From positions 1 to 36,042 of the forward strand of contig CALUTX010000001.1 of NCBI GenBank assembly GCA_944323815.1: a stretch of 36,042 nucleotides of DNA, written 5' to 3'. The notes beneath the pieces were generated by a model. The model had not been told where the DNA came from. It ran no database searches and was given only the letters and a program-made list of their open reading frames with translations. This document shows positions 27,543 through 36,042 of this stretch, one piece after another; the stretch's first letter is position 1, and each line of letters begins with the position of its first letter. The translations under genes and the position numbers were made by a program. This stretch comes from an uncultured Parabacteroides sp. (GTDB lineage Bacteria > Bacteroidota > Bacteroidia > Bacteroidales > Tannerellaceae).

Positions 27543-27571
27543 GAGCGTATTAAAAAGACATTAATACGCTC
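27543..27571. other. Intergenic stem-loop after susD without U-tract
   Basis: Perfect 11-bp stem GAGCGTATTAA/TTAATACGCTC. Confidence 0.7.
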
Positions 27572-27585
27572 CAAATTTGACATTT

Positions 27586-29259
27586 CTAATAATTCGGACT
27601 TTGAACTAACCCATTTATCGTTTCAACCTCTATTCTTGGTATTGGCAATACCATATCCCTGTCTTTGTTAAAAGAACGTTGTTCTATCACTCTCATATCA
27701 CTAAGATTCGAGATGAAATCATAAACAGGTGTACCATTTTCATCTATTTGAGGAGCTTCCATTGGATAACTTCTAGGAGGTCTCCCATATAATGGGCCAT
27801 TCATCACTTCATCTGCAATATCCCAGCGTCGTATATCCGACCAACGTAATCCCTCCCATGCCAATTCACATTTACGTTCTTTTCTCACGATAGACCGCAA
27901 TTCTGACTGAGATTTTCCCATCTGGATCGCAGGCATATTCACACTTTCTCTTTGCCGAACTTGATTAATTGCATCATAAACTGAATCATCAATTTCTCCT
28001 AATTCAATCTTTGCCTCTGCATACATCAACAAAACATCCGCATAACGCATGAGTATGTAAGATGTTTCTAAATTATCCAATTCAGTAGATTTTGATATCT
28101 CGTCATATTTACGCCATACGTATCCAGAAAAAGTAGCGTAAGCATTCAATGCGTCTTGATTATCCACACGGGTAGCAGGAGATACATTATAATTCCAACA
28201 TGTAACACTATCTTTATGAGTCTCAAATTGAAAACCCATATAAATACTGCCAGGCACAACAATCGTATAATTTAAGCGTGGATCTCTATTTTCAAAAGGA
28301 TTTTGTGGATCATATAAAGGAGATTCATCAATTGGCAATCCATCTATACAATCATACGAATCAACAATTGCCTGAACAGGAATCTTACTACTATAACCAC
28401 CTGCCATTCTACTAGTACATCCACGTACAGCACTATTCGTTCTGTAACCATCTTGATAACAAATAAAAAACATCATTTCTTTACTCTGTTCCTGCGTCGC
28501 GGATAAAAACAAATTTGAAAATTCATCATCTATGGCATATTCATTCAAATCCATTACTGCTCTACACGCATCGGCCGCTTCACGATACATTTTATTATAT
28601 AATGCAGTTCTTGCTTTTAATGCATAAGCAACCCCTCTTCCAATCCTTCCTCTATCTGAAGTTTCTATGTGGACAGGTAATGCATCTGCAGATTCCTCGA
28701 ATTCTTGTATAATAAAATCTACAATTTCTGACTTTGGAGTTTTTACCATATTACTTGCTTCCTCTAATGTCAATGAATGAGTTATAAACGGTACATCCCC
28801 CCATAATTCGGTCAACATCAAATAAAAATAAGCTCTCAAACAACGAGCTTCGGACCTTATCCTTTCATATACATCAGCTGGTGTATTTGCTTGTGCCTTC
28901 TCTATATTATCTAATAAGAAATTACAACGTCCAATACTGATATAGTAATTTTGCCATAAATCTTCAACCCAAGCATTATTCGTATCATGAGACCCATTAC
29001 CAATCGATTGCATAGAAGTTTCTGCTCTTTCCCAGGCAATATCAGTCGTCACATCTAATAATGCTGTTGTACACATGTTATAATTCGTTCCAAGCCACAA
29101 TGTGGCATAGCATCCCCAAATAGCCATTTCCAACTCAGTCTCATTTGTTGGGAATGTACTAGAAGATGGAGCATCTAACGGATATCTTTCCAGTGAACTA
29201 TCACATGAAAACAAAGACATACCCAAAACTAAACATATATATGCTACGTATCTTTTCAT
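27586..29259 (-). CDS. SusD/RagB family nutrient-binding lipoprotein
   Basis: Lipobox LFS-C; EARCLRAYFY..LWGDVP, NRDPRL, MRYADVLLMYAEA, ERKCELAWEGLRWSDIRRW and QSPNY end. Confidence 0.96.
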   Translation of the reverse strand: MKRYVAYICLVLGMSLFSCDSSLERYPLDAPSSSTFPTNETELEMAIWGCYATLWLGTNYNMCTTALLDVTTDIAWERAETSMQSIGNGSHDTNNAWVEDLWQNYYISIGRCNFLLDNIEKAQANTPADVYERIRSEARCLRAYFYLMLTELWGDVPFITHSLTLEEASNMVKTPKSEIVDFIIQEFEESADALPVHIETSDRGRIGRGVAYALKARTALYNKMYREAADACRAVMDLNEYAIDDEFSNLFLSATQEQSKEMMFFICYQDGYRTNSAVRGCTSRMAGGYSSKIPVQAIVDSYDCIDGLPIDESPLYDPQNPFENRDPRLNYTIVVPGSIYMGFQFETHKDSVTCWNYNVSPATRVDNQDALNAYATFSGYVWRKYDEISKSTELDNLETSYILMRYADVLLMYAEAKIELGEIDDSVYDAINQVRQRESVNMPAIQMGKSQSELRSIVRKERKCELAWEGLRWSDIRRWDIADEVMNGPLYGRPPRSYPMEAPQIDENGTPVYDFISNLSDMRVIEQRSFNKDRDMVLPIPRIEVETINGLVQSPNY

Positions 29260-29271
29260 TTCTATTCACAT

Positions 29272-32200
29272 TTAAAATTTAACATCCAATCCTACCGTAT
29301 AAACTCTCACTTGTGGATAAAAAGTTCCATCTCCTATTGGAGCTTCAACATTAAACCCATCCCAGAAATTGTCTATAGAAAATAGATTCTGCCCACTAAC
29401 GTACAGTCTTATATGAGAAAATTTTAATTTGTTAGATATCGTTTTAGGCAATGTATATCCTATAGTCAAATTCTTAAGCCGTAAATAAGCTGCGCTCTTT
29501 TTCCAAAAACTAGAGTTCTGTTCATTATTACTTTCATTAAATGCTAATCGAGGAAAAGCTGCATTTTGATTTGTTTCTGTCCAATGATCTTTATGTATTT
29601 CCAAAGCAGAAGCTCCCATATAAAAAGGTATAGTTGCAGTGTTATTTAAATAACCATCAACCTTCCCAACCCCTTGCCAAAACATACTAAAATCAAATCC
29701 TTTCCAACGCATATCATAATTTAAACTATAAGTATATCTTGGAACTGTACTACCTATTATTACTTCATCTGCATCATTAATAATACCGTCACCATTCTGA
29801 TCTTTGTATTTTATATCACCAGGAGCAAACGCTCCAAATTGAGTGGCATATTTATATGTACCATCCGAATTATAATCATTCTCCGAAATATAACCTATAG
29901 CTTCCAATCCATATAAAGAATTAATTGAATAGCCTTCTCTATTTACTGTTAATCCCGTCATACTAACGCCTCTTAAATCCAATACTTTATTTCGGACATC
30001 AGACAAAATAAAAGAAATACTATAATCAAAATCATTGACACGATCATTCCACTTTAATGCTAAATCCCATCCTTTATTGGATACCTTTGCCGCATTTTGA
30101 TAAGTAGGACTTAAACCAATGATTAAAGGGACATTCAATTTCCATAAAATATCAGTTGTTTTCTTATCATAATAATCAAACGATGCTGACAATTTAGAGA
30201 AAAATTGTAAATCAATCCCAAAATCCAGCATTTCTGTTTTTTCCCAAGATATTTCGGGATTAGACATAGTATTTAATGCTGCACTTGTTACTGGTTGACC
30301 TCCAATTATATAAGAACTATAGGTTAAAGAAGAAGTAAACGCATAATTACCAATATTCTGATTACCTAATTGTCCCCATGAAACACGTAATTTCGCATTA
30401 TCTATAATTGATTTTAATGGATTCCAGAATTCCTCTTCTGACATTCTCCAACCAGCTGAGAATGATGGAAAAACACCCCATTTATGTCCATTATCAAATT
30501 TGGATGAGCCATCATATCTAACATTCGCTTCTAACAAATATTTCCCTTTAAAATCATAATTTACCCTTCCAAAGAAAGATGCTAAAGCATATTCAGATCC
30601 ACTTCCTGAATTTTGTTGATTACTACTTCCCCCTGCATTCAATTTAGGGTATTGTGGAAATACAAATGTATCGCGAGATGCATTTATATAATCACTAAAA
30701 CCACTTTCCCACTGAAAACCTGCTAAAACTTTTAAGTTGTGTTTTTGTGCAAATGTTTTATCAAAATTCACTAAAGCCTTAAAGTCATGAGACAAACCAT
30801 AGTTTCTATATTCATATAGAGTCGTTCTACTTGGTTTTGTATAAGCAAGTCCTCCATTTGGATAATATGTATTTACAGATTGATTATACGTTGTGGAAAA
30901 ATCATTGCTATATTGAGGAGTATAGCTAACTGTTGCTGACAAATAATCTGTAAACTTATAATCTAAAGTCGCATTCATTGTTAATGAAGGAGATTTACTT
31001 TTTGCAAAACCTCCATCTTGTGCAAAAGCCAATACATTATCCCCATCCCATCCTACAGCATATTGTCCATTAGAAAGCACAGCAGGATAAATAGAAGGAG
31101 TACGATTAACCCAATAAATAACATCGTTAACACCTCTACCTGGTGTTTTTTGATTATTATAACGAACAAACATATCAAACTTCATTGATAATCTCTTAGA
31201 AAATTGCATATCTGAATTTAAACGAACAGATATTCTATCATAATTTGTATTAGGTATAATACCTTCCTGGTCATAATAACCTATAGATGCTAATAATCTC
31301 ATTTTTTCAGTACCGCCATTTATTGTGAAAAAATGATTTTGCTGAAAAGCATAATTTTTCATGACTAACTTTTGCCAATCAGTATCAGGATAATTATCTG
31401 GATCTGACAAATGATTTTGTGTATACTCTCGTATATACTGATCCGAATATAAAGGAGTTCTTCCTACGTTTGTATATGCTTCATTAAGCATAATCATATG
31501 ATCAATAGCTCCTACTTTGTCTGGTAACTCTGTTGGATTTTGCCAACCAGCATATCCATTATACGAAATTGAAAACTCTTTACCTTTTGCTCGTTTTGTT
31601 GTAACCAAAATAACACCATTTGCAGCTCGTGAACCATAAATGGCAGAAGAAGCTGCATCTTTTAATACAGAAATAGACTCTATCATATTTGGGTCTATTG
31701 CACTCAAACTCATTTCTGAACCATCAACTAAAATTAAAGGATTAGAATCATTTAAAGTACCGATTCCACGTATTCTTATAGTTCCCGCATCAGCTCCCGG
31801 TTGACCGGATGATTGAGTAACTGTCACGCCTGGAGCAATACCTTGTAAAGCCAAAGAAGCTGATCCAACTGGCTTTTTAACAAGTTCATTTCCTGCGATA
31901 GAAGAAATAGACCCCGTCAAATTTACCTTCTTTTGGGTTCCATACCCCACAACCACCACCTCATCCAATGCTTCCGAATCTTCATGGAGTCGAATGGCGA
32001 GATTACTTTGATTCTCGACGTTTACTTCCTGTGACGCATAACCGATATAACTAATGACTAAAGGATTATCTCCAGATACTTCCAACGTAAAGTTCCCGTC
32101 CACATCTGTTATTGTTCCGTTAGTTGTTCCTTTTTCGACAACATTTGCACCAATAATCGGATCACCATTTATATCCACAATATGTCCTGTTACTTTCCGT

Positions 32201-32592
32201 TTCGATTGTGTAACCGATTCCACTTTTGGTATCACCGTTATATACTTATTATCAAACTGGAAACTCAAGCCTATCTGTTCGGATATTTCATCCAAATAAT
32301 CTATAATCTTGCCGGATTTTTGTTCGAAAGAAATCCGTTGATCCAAATTTACATCCTGATTCCGGAATACCACCAGATAATCTGTCTGCGCTTCAATCTC
32401 TTCGATTAGTTCTCGAAGTGTCATGTTGTTCCGACTGATTTTAATTTCGGTATTCTGCGCATCTATTTCTGTTGCCATCAACTGACATACGCATACAAAC
32501 AAGAGGAAAAGTGAAACCCTCATAATCCTAAAAATATTTTTAAAGCTATTATTATGTGTAATAAAAGACTTCAACAAAGTTTTTCTTTTCAT
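29272..32592 (-). CDS. SusC/RagA TonB-dependent transporter with N-terminal signalling (STN-type) extension
   Basis: EVVVVGYGTQKK, IRIRG, VLKDAASSAIYGSRAANGVILVTTK, RYDGSSKF, YLRLKNL and terminal F. Alternative start at MRVSLFLLF (32523). Confidence 0.96.
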   Translation of the reverse strand: MKRKTLLKSFITHNNSFKNIFRIMRVSLFLLFVCVCQLMATEIDAQNTEIKISRNNMTLRELIEEIEAQTDYLVVFRNQDVNLDQRISFEQKSGKIIDYLDEISEQIGLSFQFDNKYITVIPKVESVTQSKRKVTGHIVDINGDPIIGANVVEKGTTNGTITDVDGNFTLEVSGDNPLVISYIGYASQEVNVENQSNLAIRLHEDSEALDEVVVVGYGTQKKVNLTGSISSIAGNELVKKPVGSASLALQGIAPGVTVTQSSGQPGADAGTIRIRGIGTLNDSNPLILVDGSEMSLSAIDPNMIESISVLKDAASSAIYGSRAANGVILVTTKRAKGKEFSISYNGYAGWQNPTELPDKVGAIDHMIMLNEAYTNVGRTPLYSDQYIREYTQNHLSDPDNYPDTDWQKLVMKNYAFQQNHFFTINGGTEKMRLLASIGYYDQEGIIPNTNYDRISVRLNSDMQFSKRLSMKFDMFVRYNNQKTPGRGVNDVIYWVNRTPSIYPAVLSNGQYAVGWDGDNVLAFAQDGGFAKSKSPSLTMNATLDYKFTDYLSATVSYTPQYSNDFSTTYNQSVNTYYPNGGLAYTKPSRTTLYEYRNYGLSHDFKALVNFDKTFAQKHNLKVLAGFQWESGFSDYINASRDTFVFPQYPKLNAGGSSNQQNSGSGSEYALASFFGRVNYDFKGKYLLEANVRYDGSSKFDNGHKWGVFPSFSAGWRMSEEEFWNPLKSIIDNAKLRVSWGQLGNQNIGNYAFTSSLTYSSYIIGGQPVTSAALNTMSNPEISWEKTEMLDFGIDLQFFSKLSASFDYYDKKTTDILWKLNVPLIIGLSPTYQNAAKVSNKGWDLALKWNDRVNDFDYSISFILSDVRNKVLDLRGVSMTGLTVNREGYSINSLYGLEAIGYISENDYNSDGTYKYATQFGAFAPGDIKYKDQNGDGIINDADEVIIGSTVPRYTYSLNYDMRWKGFDFSMFWQGVGKVDGYLNNTATIPFYMGASALEIHKDHWTETNQNAAFPRLAFNESNNEQNSSFWKKSAAYLRLKNLTIGYTLPKTISNKLKFSHIRLYVSGQNLFSIDNFWDGFNVEAPIGDGTFYPQVRVYTVGLDVKF

Positions 32593-32603
32593 ACCTTTGC
32601 CTT

Positions 32604-32695
32604 CTCATGTTTAAAGTGAATACTAAAAATTTACGACGCGTGTTTGCTTTAACCCTTGCGGCAGTTGTTGGTAGCTTCTGCCGCTTTTGGTTTTT
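32604..32695 (+). ncRNA. Candidate cis-antisense sRNA divergent from susC (DonS-type)
   Basis: Plus-strand TACCTTTG at 32592-32599 overlaps the susC start codon; hairpin GCGGCAG/CTGCCGC (32658-32684) followed by TTTTGGTTTTT. Confidence 0.6.
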
Positions 32696-32749
32696 GTCTG
32701 TTTACTAAACCGTTTCCATAGGCATTCTTATTTTTAATTGTTCGACATG

Positions 32750-33733
32750 TTACTTTCTTAAGGTCACGATATTGTGTTCGGTATCCCTTTCCACTTTAAA
32801 ATTCCGGATGCGTTGCAACACACGGAATATATCATCCAGGCTATCACGTTGCCTGAATTTTCCCGTATAGGTATCTTTAAAAAGAGAGGAGTCTTCCACG
32901 ATAATTCGTACATCATAATATAGCTCCAACTTTTTCAAGATATGAATCAAAGGTTCATTTTCAAATGCATAAATTCCTTCGCGCCACAAAAAACGCTCTT
33001 TGCGGGCAATCGGTTCTACTTTCATCTCTTCACCTGAAACAGTCACTTGCTGATTAGGTTTCAGGACAACCCCCTCGCGTTCTTTGCCTGTAAAGAACAC
33101 CTTCACTGCCCCTTCCAACAAACTTGTTTCCACGTAACCTGTTTCCGGATAACTATACACATTAAATTGCGTACCCAAAACTTTCATTTCGACTTCGCCC
33201 ACCGACACGATAAAAGGTTTCACAGAATCTTTTGCCACCTTAAAAAAGGCTTCACCCTCTACGGTCACATTTCGGCTTTTTCCTTCAAAGCGAGAGGGAT
33301 AAACCAATTTGGATTTCGCATTAAGCCAAACCTCCGTACCGTCTTGCAAAACCAGTTGAGCCCGTTGACCAGCAGGTGTATATAAAGTATTGTAGGTCAC
33401 CGGCAAAGCAGGAGAATCATCCGACCGCATTACCCAATAGGTCAACACGCTCGAAGAAACGATTAACAGCAAAATAGCTGCGGCATATCGGCAACAAGTG
33501 CGCACTTGTTGCCGATATGCCGATTTTCTTTTGTTCACTACAAAAGCGTTATATTTTTGCAGACCTAATGTTTTATCTTGAAACTGGACGCCCAAGTTGA
33601 ACAAGGCATAGGCATTCTGAAACGCTACAAACTGTTTTTTCAATTCGGCATCAGCTTCCACTTCACGCAAGAACGTCAAACGTTCCTCGTCGGAAAGCAT
33701 CCCTGAAAAATAGTTATGTATTCGTTCGTCCAT
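32750..33733 (-). CDS. FecR-family anti-sigma factor
   Basis: Single TM (YAAAILLLI); LQDGTEVWLNAKS, GEAFFKV and VLGTQFNV; C-terminal DUF4974-like domain. Confidence 0.95.
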   Translation of the reverse strand: MDERIHNYFSGMLSDEERLTFLREVEADAELKKQFVAFQNAYALFNLGVQFQDKTLGLQKYNAFVVNKRKSAYRQQVRTCCRYAAAILLLIVSSSVLTYWVMRSDDSPALPVTYNTLYTPAGQRAQLVLQDGTEVWLNAKSKLVYPSRFEGKSRNVTVEGEAFFKVAKDSVKPFIVSVGEVEMKVLGTQFNVYSYPETGYVETSLLEGAVKVFFTGKEREGVVLKPNQQVTVSGEEMKVEPIARKERFLWREGIYAFENEPLIHILKKLELYYDVRIIVEDSSLFKDTYTGKFRQRDSLDDIFRVLQRIRNFKVERDTEHNIVTLRK

Positions 33734-33753
33734 TTTTTCCGCTTTTGTAGAAT

Positions 33754-33780
33754 AAACGTTTCAAGAGGTAAAAACCCCCA
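33754..33780 (-). promoter_or_regulatory. Putative ECF-sigma-dependent promoter for fecR-susC operon
   Basis: Minus strand TGGGGGTTTTT-acctcttgaaa-CGTTT, a G-run -35 plus CGT -10 as typically seen between Bacteroides ECF sigma and anti-sigma genes. Confidence 0.45.
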
Positions 33781-33819
33781 AAGCAAAAAAGTTAATTTTT
33801 AGTTTTTATCCTCTTTTTG

Positions 33820-34398
33820 TTAATTCGCGAATAGAAAAATAAGCAACGGCAAGTAATCCTTCAATCTTACCTTAATCTTCTTATAAGCAATATTCATTTG
33901 GTTTTCAACAGTTTTGATTGAGACATTCAACTCATCGGCAATCTCTTTCTGCTTTTTCCCTTCAATCTTACTTTTAATGAAAATTTCCCTGCATTTTTCC
34001 GGTAAAGAATCAATGGCTTCCGAAATCAGTTGTTCAATATCTTGCTCGGAGAGTATCGATTGATCGAATATCTCCAACGAATCCAACTTCATTCGCAATG
34101 TAATCTGATACTCTTCCTGCATCCGGTTCACCGCCTCTTGTACGACAATCCGATGACGCAACAAATCGATGCATTTATTTTTGATGGAGGTAAAAAGAAG
34201 GGCGACCCAGTTCATTTCGGCATAAGTCAACAACTCTTTCCGTTCCCACAGTTCCGTGAATACGTCTTGCACAATATTTTCCGCATCTTCTTCGGAGACA
34301 ACATATTCTTGTGCAAAACCTTTCATTCTTGAGAACCATGAAACGTACAGTTTCTCAAAGCATTCTAATGGTATTTTCTCCTCAGTCTCCATATTCAT
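33820..34398 (-). CDS. ECF RNA polymerase sigma-70 factor (Bacteroides expansion family)
   Basis: DAENIVQDVFTELWE and LPEKCREIFIKSKIEGKKQKEIADELNVSIKTVENQM motifs. Confidence 0.96.
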   Translation of the reverse strand: MNMETEEKIPLECFEKLYVSWFSRMKGFAQEYVVSEEDAENIVQDVFTELWERKELLTYAEMNWVALLFTSIKNKCIDLLRHRIVVQEAVNRMQEEYQITLRMKLDSLEIFDQSILSEQDIEQLISEAIDSLPEKCREIFIKSKIEGKKQKEIADELNVSIKTVENQMNIAYKKIKVRLKDYLPLLIFLFAN

Positions 34399-34474
34399 TC
34401 CTTATACTAACAATCACCCCCTCACTACTCTTTAAAATAATATATTTCATGCAACAACACGACGCTGCATGTCG

Positions 34475-34482
34475 CAAATGTA
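34475..34482 (-). promoter_or_regulatory. -7 promoter element for the ECF sigma gene
   Basis: CAAATGTA reads TACATTTG on the minus strand. Confidence 0.6.
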
Positions 34483-34591
34483 CGCAAAAATCTATAATTT
34501 GTATACGTTAAATTCCTATATTTTCCGCCTCCCAAAAAGAAAATCCTCTTTTCCCCGTACCTAAAACGAATTACCTCCGCAACAATTTTTA

Positions 34592-34671
34592 AATCAGCGA
34601 CGGAAATCATATAAACAGCGACGGCGTTTATACAATCGTCACCGCTGATTGTATAAACGCCGTCGCTGTTT
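34592..34671. repeat. 21-bp-period palindromic array, copy 2, containing a perfect 25-bp inverted repeat
   Basis: Units at 34592, 34613, 34634 and 34655; AAACAGCGACGGCGTTTATACAATC (34613-34637) pairs with GATTGTATAAACGCCGTCGCTGTTT (34647-34671). Confidence 0.88.
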
Positions 34672-34727
34672 TAAGATTTTCTCCTATGCCCGTTCGTTTG
34701 TAACGGGCTGTACTCCAAAAAGATTTC

Positions 34728-36042
34728 CTACCTTACTACAACCTTCACTGGAGATTGTGTACCGACTCTCACGACATAAACGCCATCTGGTAACGGATAA
34801 GTCGAATGACCGGAAGGAGCCAGGACGTTTTTCACCAATTTCCCTTCCACATTCCAAATCCAGAGAGGAGCAGCTTCCGACAAATAAAGGTACAAGGTGT
34901 GATTCAAACACTGTATGCTGACCGAAGAAGCGGGAATCCGTTCATTTCCTACGGGTTTATCTGTCGCGATGAAGCGTCCGCTCAAGGTGCAATCGCCTGT
35001 CACAACATACGGATAAGGATTCAGCGTATTGCCATCTTGCCATTTCATGAACATATTACCCGCTTGGGGCGTTGCTTGCAAAGTGATCACGGTCCCATGT
35101 TTCACCTTCCCTGTCTGGCTGGCAGAAACTGTTCCTCCCTCCTGCTGTTGAACAAGCACATCATATTCGTTTCGTTCCAGCCCCGTCACCTCCACCGTCA
35201 CATCAGTGGTCATAGCAGGAAGCGTATAAAACAAAGTTCGCGTTTCCGAAGAGGCACGCAGGGACAAAGCACTTGCCAGCTCTTTCCCGTTCGCCCAAAC
35301 CTTTACCTCGCTCTGACTATAAGCCGGTAAAATGACCAACTTCAATCGGACCGAATCGTCTTTCAACACCGCATCCGCATTCGCATCGACCGGTGTTAAA
35401 GCGGCTCCTGCAAGTACCGGCAAATCAACCTTCAGCGCTTCCGACACCACAGACGGCTGGAAAAGCGGGAACATCTGCGGTGCATCCGCCGCTCGTACCA
35501 TGCGGGGATTGTCTGCCAGCCCATCACTCCATTCTGAAAAACACTTTCCTTCGGGCGCTTGCGCATGCAATAAAACCATAGCGTCAGACTGTATCTCTTG
35601 GTTTGCCACCTCCAAACCGGTTCCCAGATCCACAGCAGAAACGGCCGTTTGCAAGGTCAATGTTTCCTTATTGCGCACAATCCCATCCACCGAGATGCGT
35701 ATATTTTCCGAAATATTGTAAAGGCTATACACCTCCTGCACTACTTCCAATTTCTCATCATTGGCATACACAACCGGAACAGACTGGTCATAATCAGCAT
35801 CCATGCGCAAATAGAACTTAAACTTGCCACCCGGTTTCACCTCCGTCGAATACCCCGTGAGCGGACGTACCGTCACGCCTGCCAACTCCGGTAAGATAAT
35901 CGAATAAGCGGTTGTTTCCTCCACAAAACAAGCTTCGAACGACCGATCAGACAGTGCCGTGAAAGTTCGCGGATTAGCCGTTTCCCCGTCTGCCCAAGCC
36001 TCGAAACGATAGCCCGCATCGGGCAATGCCACAATCGAAACC
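34728..36042 (-). CDS. C-terminal part of a large surface protein with InlB-B/Flg_new-like repeats and a T9SS-CTD-like sorting domain (5' end outside window)
   Basis: Frame is open to the window edge. Repeats GYRFEAWADGETANPR, GKCFSEWSDGLADNPR and GNMFMKWQDGNTLNPY; terminal IWNVEGKLV...LPDGVYVVRVG...KVVVR. Confidence 0.85.
   Translation of the reverse strand, partial: VSIVALPDAGYRFEAWADGETANPRTFTALSDRSFEACFVEETTAYSIILPELAGVTVRPLTGYSTEVKPGGKFKFYLRMDADYDQSVPVVYANDEKLEVVQEVYSLYNISENIRISVDGIVRNKETLTLQTAVSAVDLGTGLEVANQEIQSDAMVLLHAQAPEGKCFSEWSDGLADNPRMVRAADAPQMFPLFQPSVVSEALKVDLPVLAGAALTPVDANADAVLKDDSVRLKLVILPAYSQSEVKVWANGKELASALSLRASSETRTLFYTLPAMTTDVTVEVTGLERNEYDVLVQQQEGGTVSASQTGKVKHGTVITLQATPQAGNMFMKWQDGNTLNPYPYVVTGDCTLSGRFIATDKPVGNERIPASSVSIQCLNHTLYLYLSEAAPLWIWNVEGKLVKNVLAPSGHSTYPLPDGVYVVRVGTQSPVKVVVR

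Overview
A 36 kb chromosomal window from a gut Bacteroidales bacterium, most likely Parabacteroides/Tannerellaceae (judged from gene content, TAnnTTTG -7 promoters and a Parabacteroides-type C-terminal sorting domain). The left two-thirds is mostly housekeeping: 3' rpsA, rprX/rprY, glsA/glsB-like glycine-lipid acyltransferases, DUF3109, gpmI, an M48/YgjP peptidase, speA, fkp, DUF5606, and a DUF151-nupC-rsmE-maa operon. Three accessory systems stand out. (1) A compositionally mosaic DUF4988/collagen/C-type-lectin-like surface lipoprotein (11387-13438) sits behind a ~385-nt leader with nested and mutually exclusive helices, a candidate undescribed cis-regulatory RNA. (2) A PlcP-like phosphoesterase plus glycosyltransferase pair has Pho-box-like 11-bp repeats upstream, suggesting phosphate-starvation lipid remodelling. 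(3) An ECF-sigma/anti-sigma/SusC/SusD locus has no glycoside hydrolase and carries only redox/eliminase-type enzymes; its core is a low-GC cassette and it has a DonS-type antisense sRNA candidate. A stand-alone ~72-nt sRNA and two dispersed palindromic tandem-repeat families (22-bp and 21-bp period, two copies each) are also present. I saw no rRNA, tRNA, CRISPR array, transposase, integrase or reverse transcriptase. All family assignments come from motif recognition; no database searches were run.
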